A stretch of DNA of 64,000 nucleotides. It comes from Octopus sinensis (lineage: Eukaryota). The position numbers and the translations under genes were made by a program. The notes under the pieces were generated by a model. It saw only the letters and a program-made list of their open reading frames with translations. It made no database searches and had not been told where the DNA came from. Within the stretch, counting starts at the first letter, position 1; the number at the start of each line of letters is the position of its first letter. The stretch is from positions 50,654,001 through 50,718,000 of the forward strand of contig NC_043010.1 in the NCBI RefSeq assembly GCF_006345805.1. Reading direction: 5' to 3'. Shown here piece by piece: positions 37,933 to 51,700 of the stretch.

Positions 37933-38750
37933 AGGCGGCGAGCTGGCAGAATCGTTAGCACGCCGGGCGAAATGCTTAGCGGTATTTCGTCTGCGTTACG
38001 TTGTGAGTTCAAATTCCGCCGAGGTCGACTTTGCTTTTCATCCTTTCGGGGTCGATAAATTAAGTACCAGTTACGCATTGTAATCGACTTAATACCTATG
38101 CCTGTCCTTGTTTGTCCCCTCTGTGTTTAGCCCCTTGTGGGTAATAAAGAAATAGGTATTTCGTCTGCATTACGTTGTGAGTTCAAATTCCGCCGAGGTC
38201 GACTTTGCCTTTCATCCTTTCGGGGTCGATAAATTAAGTACCAGTTACGCACTGGGGTCGATGTAATCTACTTAATACCTATGTCTGTCCTTGTTTTCCC
38301 CTCTTTGTTTAGCCCCTTGTGGGTAATAAAGAAATAGGTAATTCGTCTGTCTTTATGTTCTGGGTTCAAATTCCGCCGAGGTCGACTTTGCTTTTCATCC
38401 TTTACCGTCTGTCTTTGTTTGTCCTCTCCGTGTTTAGCCCCTTGTGGGTAGTAAAGAAATAGGGATTCACACAATAACGGAACAGCAGGGCGTCCACGAG
38501 ACATGCTAATCGAGTTGAAATGAAATTGAAACTAAAACAAATTCGATTTTACGAACATCAAATAGGAAATTACCCTTTGTCCTAATTAGGCTGATTCAAA
38601 TTCCGCCGAGGTCGACTTTGCCTTTCATCCTTTCGGGGTCGGTAAATTAAGTACCAGTTACGCACTGGAGTCGATGTAATCAACTTTATCCGTTTGTCTG
38701 TCCTTGTTTGTCCCCTCTGTGTTTAGCCCCTTGTGGGTAGTAAAGAAATA
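37933..38750 (+). mobile_element. SINE family B concatemer (about 4 units)
   Basis: One full head, then units restarting at ggtatttcgtctg or at the B-box. Confidence 0.85.
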
Positions 38751-38915
38751 TATTATGATGGAACGTTTTAAATTTGAACAATTCAAAGTATGAAGTTTGT
38801 GTCATACATCTAAGGGAAGTCTAAAAGAAAGGCAAAAAATATTGGATAATGTATTCTTAGCTACACTATGCCTAAGAGAAGGTTGGATGGTCATGGCTGG
38901 AATATCTTTCATTAT

Positions 38916-39320
38916 AAGCGTAGGAGTGGCTGTGTGGTAAGTAGCTTGCTTACCAACCACATGGTTCTGGGCTCACTCCCACTGTGTGGCACCTTAGGCA
39001 AGTGTCTTCTACTACAGCCTCGGGTTGACCAAAGCCTTGTGAGTGGATTTGGTAGACGGAAACTGAAAGAAGCCCGTCATATATATGTATATTTATATAT
39101 ACATATATATATGTATGTGTGTGCATATGTTTGTGTGTCTGTGTTTGTCCCCCCAACATCGCTTGAAAACCGATGCTGGTGTGTTTACGTCCTCATAACT
39201 TAGAGACCGATAGAATAAGCACTAGGCTTCCAAAGAATAAGTCCTGGGGTTGATTTGCTAGACTAAAGGTGGTGTTCCAGCATGGCCACAGTCAAATAAC
39301 TGAAACAAGTGAAAGAGAGG
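38916..39320 (+). mobile_element. SINE family A, full length
   Basis: Matches 3714-4090. Confidence 0.9.
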
Positions 39321-39322
39321 GA

Positions 39323-39372
<50 letters not shown>

Positions 39373-39742
39373 ACTTCTTTTAGTTTCCATTGACCAAATC
39401 CACTCATAAGGCTTTAGTCAACTCAAGGCTATATTAGAAGGCACCCAGGATGCCATGCAGAAGGAACTGAAGCCAAAACCAGGAAGATGCAAAAGAAGAT
39501 TCTTAGCCACACAGCTATATGTAGATAACATACATAATATTCATACTTTATCACTGAAACTTATAGTGTTGTGGCCTTGATACTCACTCTCAACATATAA
39601 CAGTAATACCAAATTATGGATAATTGTACAATATTTTTACTAGCTATTATGTAAAACACACTATTAGGTTTTGTCCTACACATATTAGGACCCTATGTTA
39701 GCTTATCTGATGTTAATAGGTCTTGGTGGTTAGTTATGTATG

Positions 39743-40215
39743 AAGGTGCATGGCTCAGTGGTTAGAGCGCCGAGCTTACGATTGTGAGGTTGTGAGTTCG
39801 ACTCGTGTTGACTTAATGCAGACTTACCTTGTATTCAATATTTCGGGGCTACGACCCCATTTTCAGTCATAAACCCCCAAAATATTGAGTACAAGGTAAG
39901 TCTACATTAATTCACATATTTGTTTTCGTGTGATTTACCTTGAACATATAACAGTAATATCAAATTATGGATAATTGTGAAGTTGTGAGTTCAAATCCCG
40001 GACTGGGCTGCATGTTGTGTTCTTGAGCAAGACACTTCATTTCATGTTGCTCCAGTTCACTCAGCTGTAGAAATGAGTTGCAACGTCACAGGTGCCAAGC
40101 TGTATCGGCCCCTTTGCCTTTCCCTTGGATAACACTGGTGGCGTGGAGAGGGGAGGCTGGTATGCATGGGCGACTGCTGGTCTCCCATAAACAACCTTGC
40201 CTGGACTTGTGCCTG

Positions 40216-40258
<43 letters not shown>

Positions 40259-40778
40259 GACACACACACACACACATATATGCAATTAATGTAGACTTAC
40301 CTTGTATTCAATATTTTGGGGTTATGACCCCATTTTCAAGAAATTGTTGAATGCTGCCGGTGTGTGTGTGTGTGTGTGTGTATTCACACGCATGTACATC
40401 ATGAACATTCATCAATTTCTTGAAAATGGGGTCATAACCTCGAAATATTGAATACAAGGTAAGTCTACATTAATTCACATATTTGTTTTCGTGTGATTTA
40501 CCTTGAACATATAACAGTAATATCAAATTATGGATAATTGTGAAGTTGTGAGTTCAAATCCCGGACTGGGCTGCATGTTGTGTTCTTGAGCAAGACACTT
40601 CATTTCATGTTGCTCCAGTTCACTCAGCTGTAGAAATGAGTTGCAACGTCACAGGTGCCAAGCTGTATCGGCCCCTTTGCCTTTCCTTTGGATAACACTG
40701 GTGGCGTGGAGAGGGGAGGCTGGTATGCATGGGCGACTGCTGGTCTCCCATAAACAACCTTGCCTGGACTTGTGCCTG

Positions 40779-40821
<43 letters not shown>

Positions 40822-41066
40822 GACACACACACACACACATATATGCAATTAATGTAGACTTACCTTGTATTCAATATTTTGGGGTTATGACCCCATTTTC
40901 AAGAAATTGTTGAATGCTGCCGGTGTGTGTGTGTGTGTGTGTATTCACACGCATGTACATCATGAACATTCATCAATTTCTTGAAAATGGGGTCATAACC
41001 TCGAAATATTGAATACAAGGTAAGTCTACATTAATTCACACATTTGTTTTCTTGTGATTTACCTTG
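39743..41066 (+). repeat. Rearranged SINE family D plus TTAA-flanked palindromic MITE in a ~563-bp near-identical tandem duplication
   Basis: Identical ORF sets offset by 563 bp (40057/40620 etc.); TIR elements at 39817-39906, 40290-40469 and 40853-41032. Confidence 0.85.
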
Positions 41067-41269
41067 CATTTACTTCGCATTGTTTTGGCCTTACCGACGA
41101 TCTTTTATACAGTATATTCTACACAATGCTTCATAGTAATTATTCCATTATATATATATAAGAATTGATAAAGGCAGCTAGGTGCAATATATAAAACCAT
41201 ATAGGTAAAATTTGATCATCACTTATTTCCCTCAGCACCCTCAGTTACCATTAGTGATGATTCAATTTT

Positions 41270-41414
41270 TACTGTGTGGTAAGAAGCTTACTTCCCAACT
41301 ACATGGTTCTGGGTTCAGTCCCACTGTGTTGCACCTTCTACTATAGCCTCAGGAAGACCAAAACCTTGTGATTGGATTTGGTAGATGGAAACTGAAAGAA
41401 CCCCGTCGTATATA

Positions 41415-41492
<78 letters not shown>

Positions 41493-41680
41493 TGTGTGTG
41501 TGTGTCCATGTTTGTTCCTCCACCATCACTTGACAACCGATATTGGTGTGTTTACGTCCCCGTAACTTAGTGGTTCGGCAAAAGGGACCTATAGAATAAG
41601 TACTAGGCTTACAAAGAGGATCTGTTCGACTAAAGGCGGTGCTCCAGCATGGCTGCAGTCAAATGACTGAAACAAGTAAA
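41270..41680 (+). mobile_element. SINE family A
   Basis: Family A body with an expanded internal (TA)n. Confidence 0.85.
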
Positions 41681-42848
41681 AGGATATATAAATAGGGTTT
41701 CTTTCAGTTTTCGTTCACCATATCCACTCACAAGGCTTTGGTCGGTCCAAGGTGACTACCAAGGTGCCATGCAGTAGTACCGAACCCGGAACCATGTGGT
41801 TGGGAAACACTCTTTACCTTTACAGTCTAATTTAAAATCCCTGCAAGACCACTACGCATTTCCCCTATTATAAGTTGATAAAATGAGTACCAGTCAATAA
41901 AATAAACCCAGGAGGTCGATGTAACAGACTCAACCTCTGAAGGCAGTGCTATAGCGTGGCCTTACACAAAGTAATAACAAAAAGAAAATCACGACCTGCA
42001 GCCTTCGACTCTTTCTATCAGGAGGATTTTAAAATAATATTTATATATTTATACCCCTATCATTTATAGCTTTATTTGATTCGATCCTAGAAATTGTTCC
42101 GTTCCTAAAAAGGATCATTTCATGTTCTCGAAGCTTCTAAATTTTTATGACGTTAATGAATAAATAAATAAAGGTACTGCAGTAAAGTTAGCTTTGAAGG
42201 GAGATTACTCCGGAGGAAATTTGATTTTACAATCACGTCAGTTGATTATAGAGTGGCTTTTAACCTTTTTTTTTTTTTTGTAGCGCCCCTTTCTAAGTGG
42301 TTATGCTTAGCGCTCGCCAAAGTATTGAGTGAAGTATCATGGTTATTACTTTATAAATTTTACTCCAAAAATGGATTGTATAAGCTTTTAACAGCGAAAT
42401 GATAAAAAAAATTAATAAAGGCAGGAGTTATAAAATTACTTTATACGTTTCAAGTTAATGACTTTCTTGTGTCTGATGAGATCTTATTTAATTTTAATAA
42501 CCATTACTAGTTTTATCATGTATAATATTACAACTCTAGTTAAAAATTAGTATGTTAATTACATTACTTCACCTAATGCGCCCTTGACATGTCCAGCGCG
42601 TCCCTGGGGACGGTACCACCTACGTTCCGAATCTTTGGTATAGAAGCTCCTTTGCTGAGATATTTGTTGGTTTGTAATTTTTTTTTTTTGTCGAGCGAAA
42701 AGGAGCACTTTTATATGGTTTCTCGACCTGCTGAAAACAGCAGCCAAATCTTCCTAAACTCGCACAGTACCATATTAAAGGATAGGGACATAACTTCAGT
42801 GTTTCTGAAACAATTTACTGTACCCAGATTTTTAAAAATATAATTTAA

Positions 42849-43032
42849 CCCTTTAATGTTTAAACTATTCGGCCATACATGGTCAAAATATTCTACCTGT
42901 TTTACCTTCAAACTGGTCGGATATGGTCTACCTTGGAGTGTCATTTTAAAAATAAGCAACCACATCATTGAAATCTCAAAGCCATGAAATAATGCATGTT
43001 TAATTTGACAGAATGATCTGAATGCCAAATGG
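42849..43032. mobile_element. piggyBac-like MITE
   Basis: TTAA|ccctttaatg ... aatgccaaatgg|TTAA. Confidence 0.6.
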
Positions 43033-43110
43033 TTAAGGCTCTAGATTATCCATATTAATGCTTGAAGTTCTTGGCAAACGTGTTATTAATAATTTTGTTA
43101 CACATAATTA

Positions 43111-43500
43111 TCTCTCTATATATAAAACTGAGAATGTGTGTCTGTCTGCCTGTGTGTTTCTCTAAAACTTGAGAACTACCCTACCAGTTTCATTCAAATT
43201 TTACAGATGCCTTACTTAAGGTCCGGGGAGTGTCATCGGCAAAAAATCTTAACTTTTTCCCTAGGGTGACTCCACAGCAATATCATATCTTCTCCACTAT
43301 TTCAGTATTACGTGTTAAAAGTGAAACAAAAACATCTCTCTTTTGTAATGCAGACACTTTCACTAAAAAAGTGAAAGTATTATATAACAGGGATGAACCA
43401 TTAACAATGGTCTTCCATTTTGCTAGAAGATCCGCTATGGTCTTATATGCTACACCACTGGTTTTCAATTCATATTAATCAAATTAATATTCAATTTTTC
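43111..43500 (+). mobile_element. Probable Helitron 5' terminus
   Basis: A|TCtctctatatataaaactgagaatgtgtgtctgtctg...aaaacttgagaactacc, same style as the 19024 element; lies upstream of the Rep fragment. Confidence 0.5.
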
Positions 43501-44384
43501 ATCCTTATTATGTGTGTGTGTGTGTGTATTAGCAATTCGTATAAAATTGCATCAATGACTTGAACTTGAATAAGTGGTTTCACATAAATGGGGATAAATT
43601 AAAAAGGTTTGTTGTTATTATTATTACTGTTTGACTATTGTAATCACGTTTGTTGGTTCCTCGTCAGGGAAACGTTGTTGTGTTGCATTTGTTAAATAAT
43701 TGTAAACCGTAACCCTCCCCCTTTCGGAGAAGGGGTTTTGGTTATTGTTTAAAAATTGAATGTGTCCCTGTTTGGGGAAATTGACAATATTTTCACCGTC
43801 TTTACGGAAGCATTTTTGTTAGAATACCTTCGATAGTAGAAAGTCCAAAATGAATTTCGCTGCAGCCGTACACTTCTATACAAGAGGGAGAACAAGATCC
43901 AATTGATCGAAATTGCAAGAGACGGGCCTACAATTCCAGTATGTTATATATTTTGAGTATTGTTATCACTAGCGATATCAAGATATAACTTTGTATTTTG
44001 TATTTTATGTGTAGATGTATATATATAGATGTACATGTAATATGTACACACACATATATATATATAAACATATATACATGCATAATATATCTACCCATAC
44101 ACACATACGCATACATACATAATATATCTACCCATACACACGTATACACACATACATAGGGGCAGGTGTGGCTGTGTGGTAACAAACTACGTTCCAAATA
44201 CATGGTCTTGGGTTCAGTCCCACTGTGTGGTGACTTGGCATGTGCCTTCTGCTGTAGCCTCAGACCAACAAAAGCCTTCTCAGTGGATTTTGTACATATA
44301 TACAGGCATACATACATACATATATATACATGCATACGTACATATTCGGCATAAATACTCTACCACTACAACTAATAACTGTTG

Positions 44385-45781
44385 GGAACACTTTCAAACC
44401 TGCCTTACATTCGAACCGGAATCTCAACGCCCGAGCTTTCCATCTCAAGTTAATCTCTCTCATGGAGCTCATACAAAAAGGGCAAGTCTTTGGGCCCATA
44501 CAATGTGACATGTACACAATCGAGTGGCAAAAAAGGGGCCTTCTACATGCTTATATCCTGCTTTGGCTCTCAGCGAAGATCAATTCCAATGACATCGACA
44601 ACATAATCTCTTCAGTGCTTCCTGATCCAGCTTTAGACAAAGAACTATACGAAATAGTTAAAGCAAACATGGTACATGGTCCATGTGGGCGTGGATTCAA
44701 CATAAACTCACCATGCTTGAAGGACAGCATATGTTCAAAAAGATTTCCAAGGCGGTTCCTACAAGAAACTCAGACAGGTGCTGACTTTCAATGCCCACAT
44801 GAACGTTGAGTTTTGCAACTCCGTTAAATCCATCAAGTACGTTTGCAAATATGTAAACAAGGGTTCTGACGCTGCAATGTTTGGACTTCAACAAGAATGC
44901 TGCCAGGATGAGGTGACGCATTATCAGGTGGGACGGTACATAAGTAGCAACGAGGCTTTCTAGCGCATCTTTGGCTTTCCAATTCACCAACGACACCCCG
45001 CCATTCAACAGCTTGCAGTGCACCTGGAAAATGGTCAAAGAGTGTACTTCACCGATGCTAATGCTTCTCTGTTGGCAGAGGAACCAAGGGATAGCACACT
45101 CACTGTATTCTTCAAGCTTTGTCAAATGGATCCATTCGCTCAAACTTTGCTGAATCCACAGATTCCATCGTACTACACTTGGAATGGAAAAAAATGGGCC
45201 CCACGGAAAGCAGGTCAAAATGTTCATGGATACTCTGGCATCAAGTTTCACACTTGCCTTGGGCGAGTATACATAGTGCATCCCACTCAACAAGAGTGCT
45301 TCTACCTTCGTCTACTACTGCATGAGGTCAGAGGGCCAACGTCTTTCCAGGCCCTAAAAACCGTTCATGGACATGTCTGCACAACATACAGAGAAGCATG
45401 CTATTGTCAAGGTCTGTTAGAAGATGGTGCACAATGGGATGCAACTTTAGGAGAGGCTGCTTTATCACAATCACCTAAAAGTCTCAGGGCGCTATTTGCA
45501 GTATTACTACAGGCATGCAAACTGTGTGATCCGGCCACTCTATGGCTCAAATATAGAGACAACCTGGCTGAAGACTTTCAGCGCCAAGCTCAACTGCTCT
45601 ATGCTGACATGGAGAGTATCAGCAATGAAATCAATAACAAAACACTTATTGACATTGAAGACAGAATTGCTAAACTGTGTGGAAATGAATTGTCGACGTA
45701 TGGCCTGCCACAAGCATTCAGGTCAGGGTCAAATAGCTTTCCCATTGCTATCATTCGTGAAACAACCTACAACAACAATTT
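44385..45781 (+). pseudogene. Helitron RepHel, HUH Rep domain fragment; helicase absent
   Basis: ARAFHLKL..MELIQKGQVFG..YTIEWQKRGLLHAYILLWL (motif 2), MVHGPCG..SPCL..CSKRFPR, NAHMNVEFCNSVKSIKYVCKYVNKGSD (motif 3), GRYISSNEAF*RIFGFPIH..P..LAVHLENGQRVYF; internal deletion/frameshift ~44790 and TAG at 44961-44963. Confidence 0.92.
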
Positions 45782-48700
45782 TTGAAAAATTTTTCGGAAA
45801 TTGTCCCCAAACTTTTCGAAATATTTTTTGAAAATTTTCCTAAAAAATTTTTGAGAATTTCCCATCAAAATTTTTCAAAATGTTTTTGAAAATTTTGAGG
45901 AAAATTTTTTAAAAATTTTTTAAAAATTTTCCCCAAAAATTAAAAAAAAATTTTTTGAAAATTTTCCTCAAAATTTAACAAAAATTTTTTGAAAATTTTC
46001 CTCAAAAATTTTTCGAAAATTTTCCCCAAAATGTTAGAAAAATATATTGACAATTTTCCTCAAAAATGAAAAAAAAATTTTTGGAAAATTTTCCCCCAAA
46101 ATTTTAGAAAAATTTTTTGAAAAGTTTCAACAAAAATTTTTGAAAAATTTTGTTGAAAATTTTCCCTCAAAATTTTAGAAAAACTTTTTAAAAATTTTCC
46201 TGAAAAATTTTTTGAAAATTTTCCCCAAAACTTTACAAAAATTTTTTGAAAATTTTCCCCAAAATTTTTGAAAAATTTTAGAAAAATATTTTGAAAATTT
46301 TCCCCAAAAGTTTTCCTCCAAAATTTTTGAAAAATTTTATAAAAACATTTTGAAAATTTTCCTCAAAAATGTTTTGAAAATTTCCCCGAAAATTTTAGAA
46401 GAATTTTTTGAAAATTTTCCCTAAAAATTTTCAAAAAATTTTCCCCAAAATTTTCGAAAAATATTTTTATAATTTTCCTCAAAAATTGTTTGAATATTTT
46501 CCCCAAAACTTAAAAATTCTTTGAAAATTTTCCTCTAAAATTTTTTAAAAAAGTTTTTGAAAATTTTCCCCAAAAGTTTTCCTCCAAAATTTTTGAAAAA
46601 TTTTATAAAAACATTTTGAAAATTTTCCTCAAAAATGTTTTGAAAATTTCCCCGAAAATTTTAGAAGAATTTTTTGAAAATTTTCCCTAAAAATTTTCAA
46701 AAAATTTTCCCCAAAATTTTCGAAAAATATTTTTATAATTTTCCTCAAAAATTGTTTGAATATTTTCCCCAAAACTTAAAAATTCTTTGAAAATTTTCCT
46801 CTAAAATTTTTTAAAAAAGTTTTTGAAAATTTTCCCCAAATATTTTTGAAAAATTTTTGGGTAAAATTTTCAGTGAAAATTTTCAAAAAACCCATATAAC
46901 GAATATGCTCCATATTCTGAAGTCTATAAACGTCGATATGGACATAGTTGTTAAGTGTAAAGCAGAATCTAGTGTATCGTGGATGGTGAGGCATCTTGAC
47001 TGTAGTAGTAAATCAGAATTCACTCTATATATACACAAAAAAGCAGCAGCAGCAGCCACCTAATAATCAATTATTAGCCATAACATATATCATTAGCTTA
47101 TGGAAAATTTTCGTAAAATTTACGGTTAAAATTTTCGATGAAAATTTTCAAAAAATTTTTGAGTAAAATTTTCAATGAAAATTTTCGGAAACCCATATAA
47201 CGAATATGCTGATGTCTATAAACGTCGATATGGTCATATTTGTTAAGTGTAAAGTAGAATCTGGTGTATCGTTGAACGTGAGGCATCTTGACTGTAATAT
47301 TAAACCAGAATTCACTCTATACAAAGAAAGCATGAGAAGCAGCCAGCTAAAATTCTATTTTTAGCCATAACATCTATTTTTAGGTCGGTGAAAATTTTCG
47401 AAAAATTTTTGAGGTAAATTTTCGAAATTTTTTGGTTAAAATTTTCGAAATATTTTTGGGTAAAATTTCGAAAACCCATATAACGAATATGCTCCATATG
47501 CTGAAGTCTATAAACGTTGATTTCAGTAACAATTTTGTTCAAAAATTTTTCGAGAATTTTCACCGAAAATTTTGCCAAAAAATATTTCGAGAATTTTACC
47601 GAAACTTTTGTATAAAAATTTTGCGAAACTTTTCACCGAAAATTTTCCCCAGAAATATTTCGAAAATTTTCATCAAAATTTTCAGAAAACTTTTGCCGAA
47701 AATATTCCCCAAATTTTCTCCAGTTTTTCCACTAAAATTTTTCGAAAACTTTAACCGAAAAATTGACCCAAAGAATTTTCGAAAATTTTCCACAAAGTAT
47801 GGAAAGCCTGCGGTGCCAAAATCACAAAGTACGGAAGGCCAGAGGTGACAAAATCAAAATGTATGGAAGGCCAGCGGTGCCAAAATCACCGAAAATTTCA
47901 CCCAAATATTTTTCGAAAATTTTACCCAAAAATTTTCGAAAATTAACCCCGGCCTAAAAATAGATGTTTTCCGAAAATTTTCATTAATAATTTTACCCAA
48001 AAATTTTCAAAACAAATTCCGAAAATTTTCAGTAAAAATTTTGTCCAAAAATATTTCGAGAATTTTCACCTAAAATTTTGTCCAAAAATTTTTCGAAAAC
48101 TTTCACCGAAAATTTTAACCAAAAATTTTTGGAAACTTTTCACCAAAACTTTTCGAAAACTTTTGCCGAAAATTTTCCCCAAATTTTCCACTAAAATTTT
48201 TCGAAAGTTCTCACAGAAAATTTTGCCAAAAAATTTTTGGAAAATTTTCAGAAAACTCTTCCTGAAAATTTTCCCCAAATATTCCACTAAAATTTTCCAC
48301 TAAAATTTTCTCCAGATTTTCCACTAAAATTTTTCGAAAATTTTCCCCAAAGTATGGAAAGCCAGCGATGCCAAAATCACAAACTATGGAAAGCCAGCGG
48401 TGCCAAAATCACAAAGTATGGAAGGCCAGAGGTGCCAAAATCACCGAAAATTTTATCCAAATATTTTTCGAAAATTTTACCCCAAAATTTTTCGAAAATT
48501 TTCCCCAAACATTTTTGAAAATTTTCCCCGAGCTGAAAATAGATGTTTTGGCAAAAAAAGATTTTTAATTGGTAACTGCTGCAGCTTTCTGTGTATATAT
48601 AGTGTGAATTCTGGTTTACTACTAGTGTCAAGGGGCCTCACCATCCATGATACACCAGATTCTGCTTTACACTTAATAACTATGACGATATCAACGTTTA

Positions 48701-51700
48701 TAGACTTCAGCATATGGAGCATATTCGTTATATGGGTTTTCGAAATTTTACCCAAAAATATTTCGAAAATTTTAACCAAAAAATTTCGAAAATTTACCTC
48801 AAAAATTTTTCGAAAATTTTCCCCGAGCTAAAAATAGATGGAATGGCTAAAAATAGAATTTTAGGTGGCTGCTTCTGCTGCTTTGTTTGTATAGAGTGAA
48901 TTCTGGTTTAATATTACAGTCAAGATGCCTCACGATCAACGATACACCAGATTCTACTTTACACTTGACAACTATGACCATATCGACGTTTATAGACATC
49001 AGCATATGGAGCATATTCGTTATATGGGTTTCCGAAAATTTTCAAAAAATATTCCGAAAATTTTCAGTAAAAATTTTGTCCAAAAATATTTCGAGAATTT
49101 TCACCTAAAATTTTGTCCAAAAATTTTTCGAAAACTTTCACCGAAAATTTTAACCAAAAACTTTTCGAAAACTTTTCACCAAAACTTTTCGAAAACTTTT
49201 GCCGAAAATTTTCCCCAAATTTTCCACTAAAATTTTTCGAAAGTTCTCACAGAAAATTTTGCCAAAAAATTTTTGGAAAATTTTCAGAAAACTCTTCCTG
49301 AAAATTTTCCCCAAATATTCCACTAAAATTTTCCACTAAAATTTTCTCCGGATTTTCCACTAAAATTTTTCGAAAATTTTCCCCAAAGTATGGAAAGCCA
49401 GCGATGCCAAAATCAGAAACTATGGAAAGCCAGCGGTGCCAAAATCACAAAGTATGGAAGGCCAGAGGTGCCAAAATCACCGAAAATTTTATCCAAATAT
49501 TTTTCGAAAATTTTACCCAAAATTTTTCGAAAATTTTCCCCAAACATTTTTGAAAATTTTCCCCGAGCTGAAAATAGATGTTTTGGCAAAAAAAGATTTT
49601 TAATTGGTAACTGCTGCAGCTTTCTGTGTATATATAGTGTGAATTCTGGTTTACTACTAGTGTCAAGGGGCCTCACCATCCATGATACACCAGATTCTGC
49701 TTTACACTTAATAACTATGACGATATCAACGTTTATAGACTTCAGCATATGGAGCATATTCGTTATAGGGTTTTCGAAATTTTACCCAAAAATTTTTCGA
49801 AAATTTTACCCAAAAATTTTCGAAAATTTTCCCCAAACATTTTTGAAAATTTTCCCCGAGCTAAAAATAGATGGAATGGCTAAAAATAGAATTTTAGGTG
49901 GCTGCTTCTGCTGCTTTGTTTGTATAGAGTGAATTCTGGTTTAATATTACAGTCAAGATGCCTCACGATCAACGATACACCAGATTCTACTTTACACTTG
50001 ACAACTATGACCATATCGACGTTTATAGACATCAGCATATGGAGCATATTCGTTATATGGGTTTCCGAAAATTTTCAAAAAATATTCCGAAAATTTTCAG
50101 TAAAAATTTTGTCCAAAAATATTTCGAGAATTTTCAACTAAACTTTTGTCCAAAAATTTTTCGAAAACTTTCTCCGAAAATTTTACCCAAAAATTTTTCG
50201 AAAGTTTCATCAAAAAATTTTTGGACAATTTTCACCGTAAATTTTGTATAAAAATTTTTCGAAAGCTTTCACCGAAGATTTTACACAAAAATTTATCGAA
50301 AATTTTACCAAAAAGTTTTCGAGAATTTTCACCGAAAATTTTGTATAAAAATTTTGCGAAAATTTTCACGGAAAATTTTGTCCAAAAATTTTTCGAAATC
50401 TTTTACCGGAAATTTTCCCCAAATATTTTTAGAAAATTTTGACTGAAAATTTCACCAGAAAATTTTTCGAGAATTTTCACTCAATATTTTGTATAAAAAT
50501 TTTGTGAAAATTTTCACCGAAAATTTTCCCAAAAAATTTTTCGAAAACTTTTGCCGAAAAGTTTCCCCAAATTTTCAACTAAATTTTCTAATAAAATTTT
50601 CACCAAATTTTCCACTAAAATTATTCGAAAATTTTTGGAGAATTTTCACCGAAAATTTTGTATAAAAATTTTTCGAAAATTTTCACAGAAAACTTTCCCA
50701 AAAAATCTTTCGAAAATTTTCACCATAATTTTCAGAAAACTTTTGCCGAAAATTTTCCCCAAATATTCCACTAAATTTTCCACTAAAATTTTCTCCAGAT
50801 TTTCCACTAAAATTTTTCGAAAATTTTCACCGAAAAATTTACCCAAAGATTTTTCGAAAATTTTCCCCAAAGTATGGAAAGCCAGCGATGCCAAAATCAC
50901 AAACTATGGAAAGCCAGCGGTGCCAAAATCACAAAGTATGGAAGGCCAGAGGTGCCAAAATCACCGAAAATTTTATCCAAACATTTTTCGAAAATTTTAC
51001 CCAAAAATTTTTCGAAAATTTTCCCCAAACATTTTTGAAAATTTTCCCCGAGCTGAAAATAGATGTTTTGGCAAAAAAAAGATGTTTAATTGGTAACTGC
51101 TGCAGCTTTCTGTGTATATATAGTGTGAATTCTGGTTTACTACTAAAATTCTCGAAATATTTTTGGACAAAATTTTTACTGAAAATTTTCGGAATATTTG
51201 AAAATTTTTGGGTAAAATTTTCAATGAAAATTTTCGGAAACCCATATTACGAATATGCTCCATATGCTGATGTCTATAAACGTAGATATGGTCATAGTTG
51301 TCAAGTGTAAAGTAGAATCTGGTGTATCGTTGATCGTGAGGCATCTTGACTATAATATTAAACCAGAATTCACTCTATACAAACAAGCAGCCACCTAAAA
51401 TTCTATTTTTAGCCATTCCATCTATTTTTAGCTCGGGGAAAATTTTTGAGGTAAATTTTCGAAATATTTCTGGGTAAAATTTCGAAAACCCATATAACGA
51501 ATATGCTCCATATGCTGAAGTCTATAAACGTTGATATCGTCATAGTTATTAAGTGTAAAGCAGAATCTGGTGTATCATGGATGGTGAGGCCCCCTGACAC
51601 TAGTAGTAAACCCGAATTCACTCTATATATACACAGAAAGCTGCTGCAGTTACCAATTAAAAATCTTTTTTTTGCCAAAACATCTATTTTCAGCTCGGGG

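Noticed and set aside
42523-42531. Isolated TAATATTAC nonamer
   Set aside because: No stem-loop or Rep-like ORF nearby; expected by chance in AT-rich DNA
48350-48445. 32-bp repeats as a CRISPR array
   Set aside because: Directly tandem with no unique spacers, no cas genes, eukaryotic context
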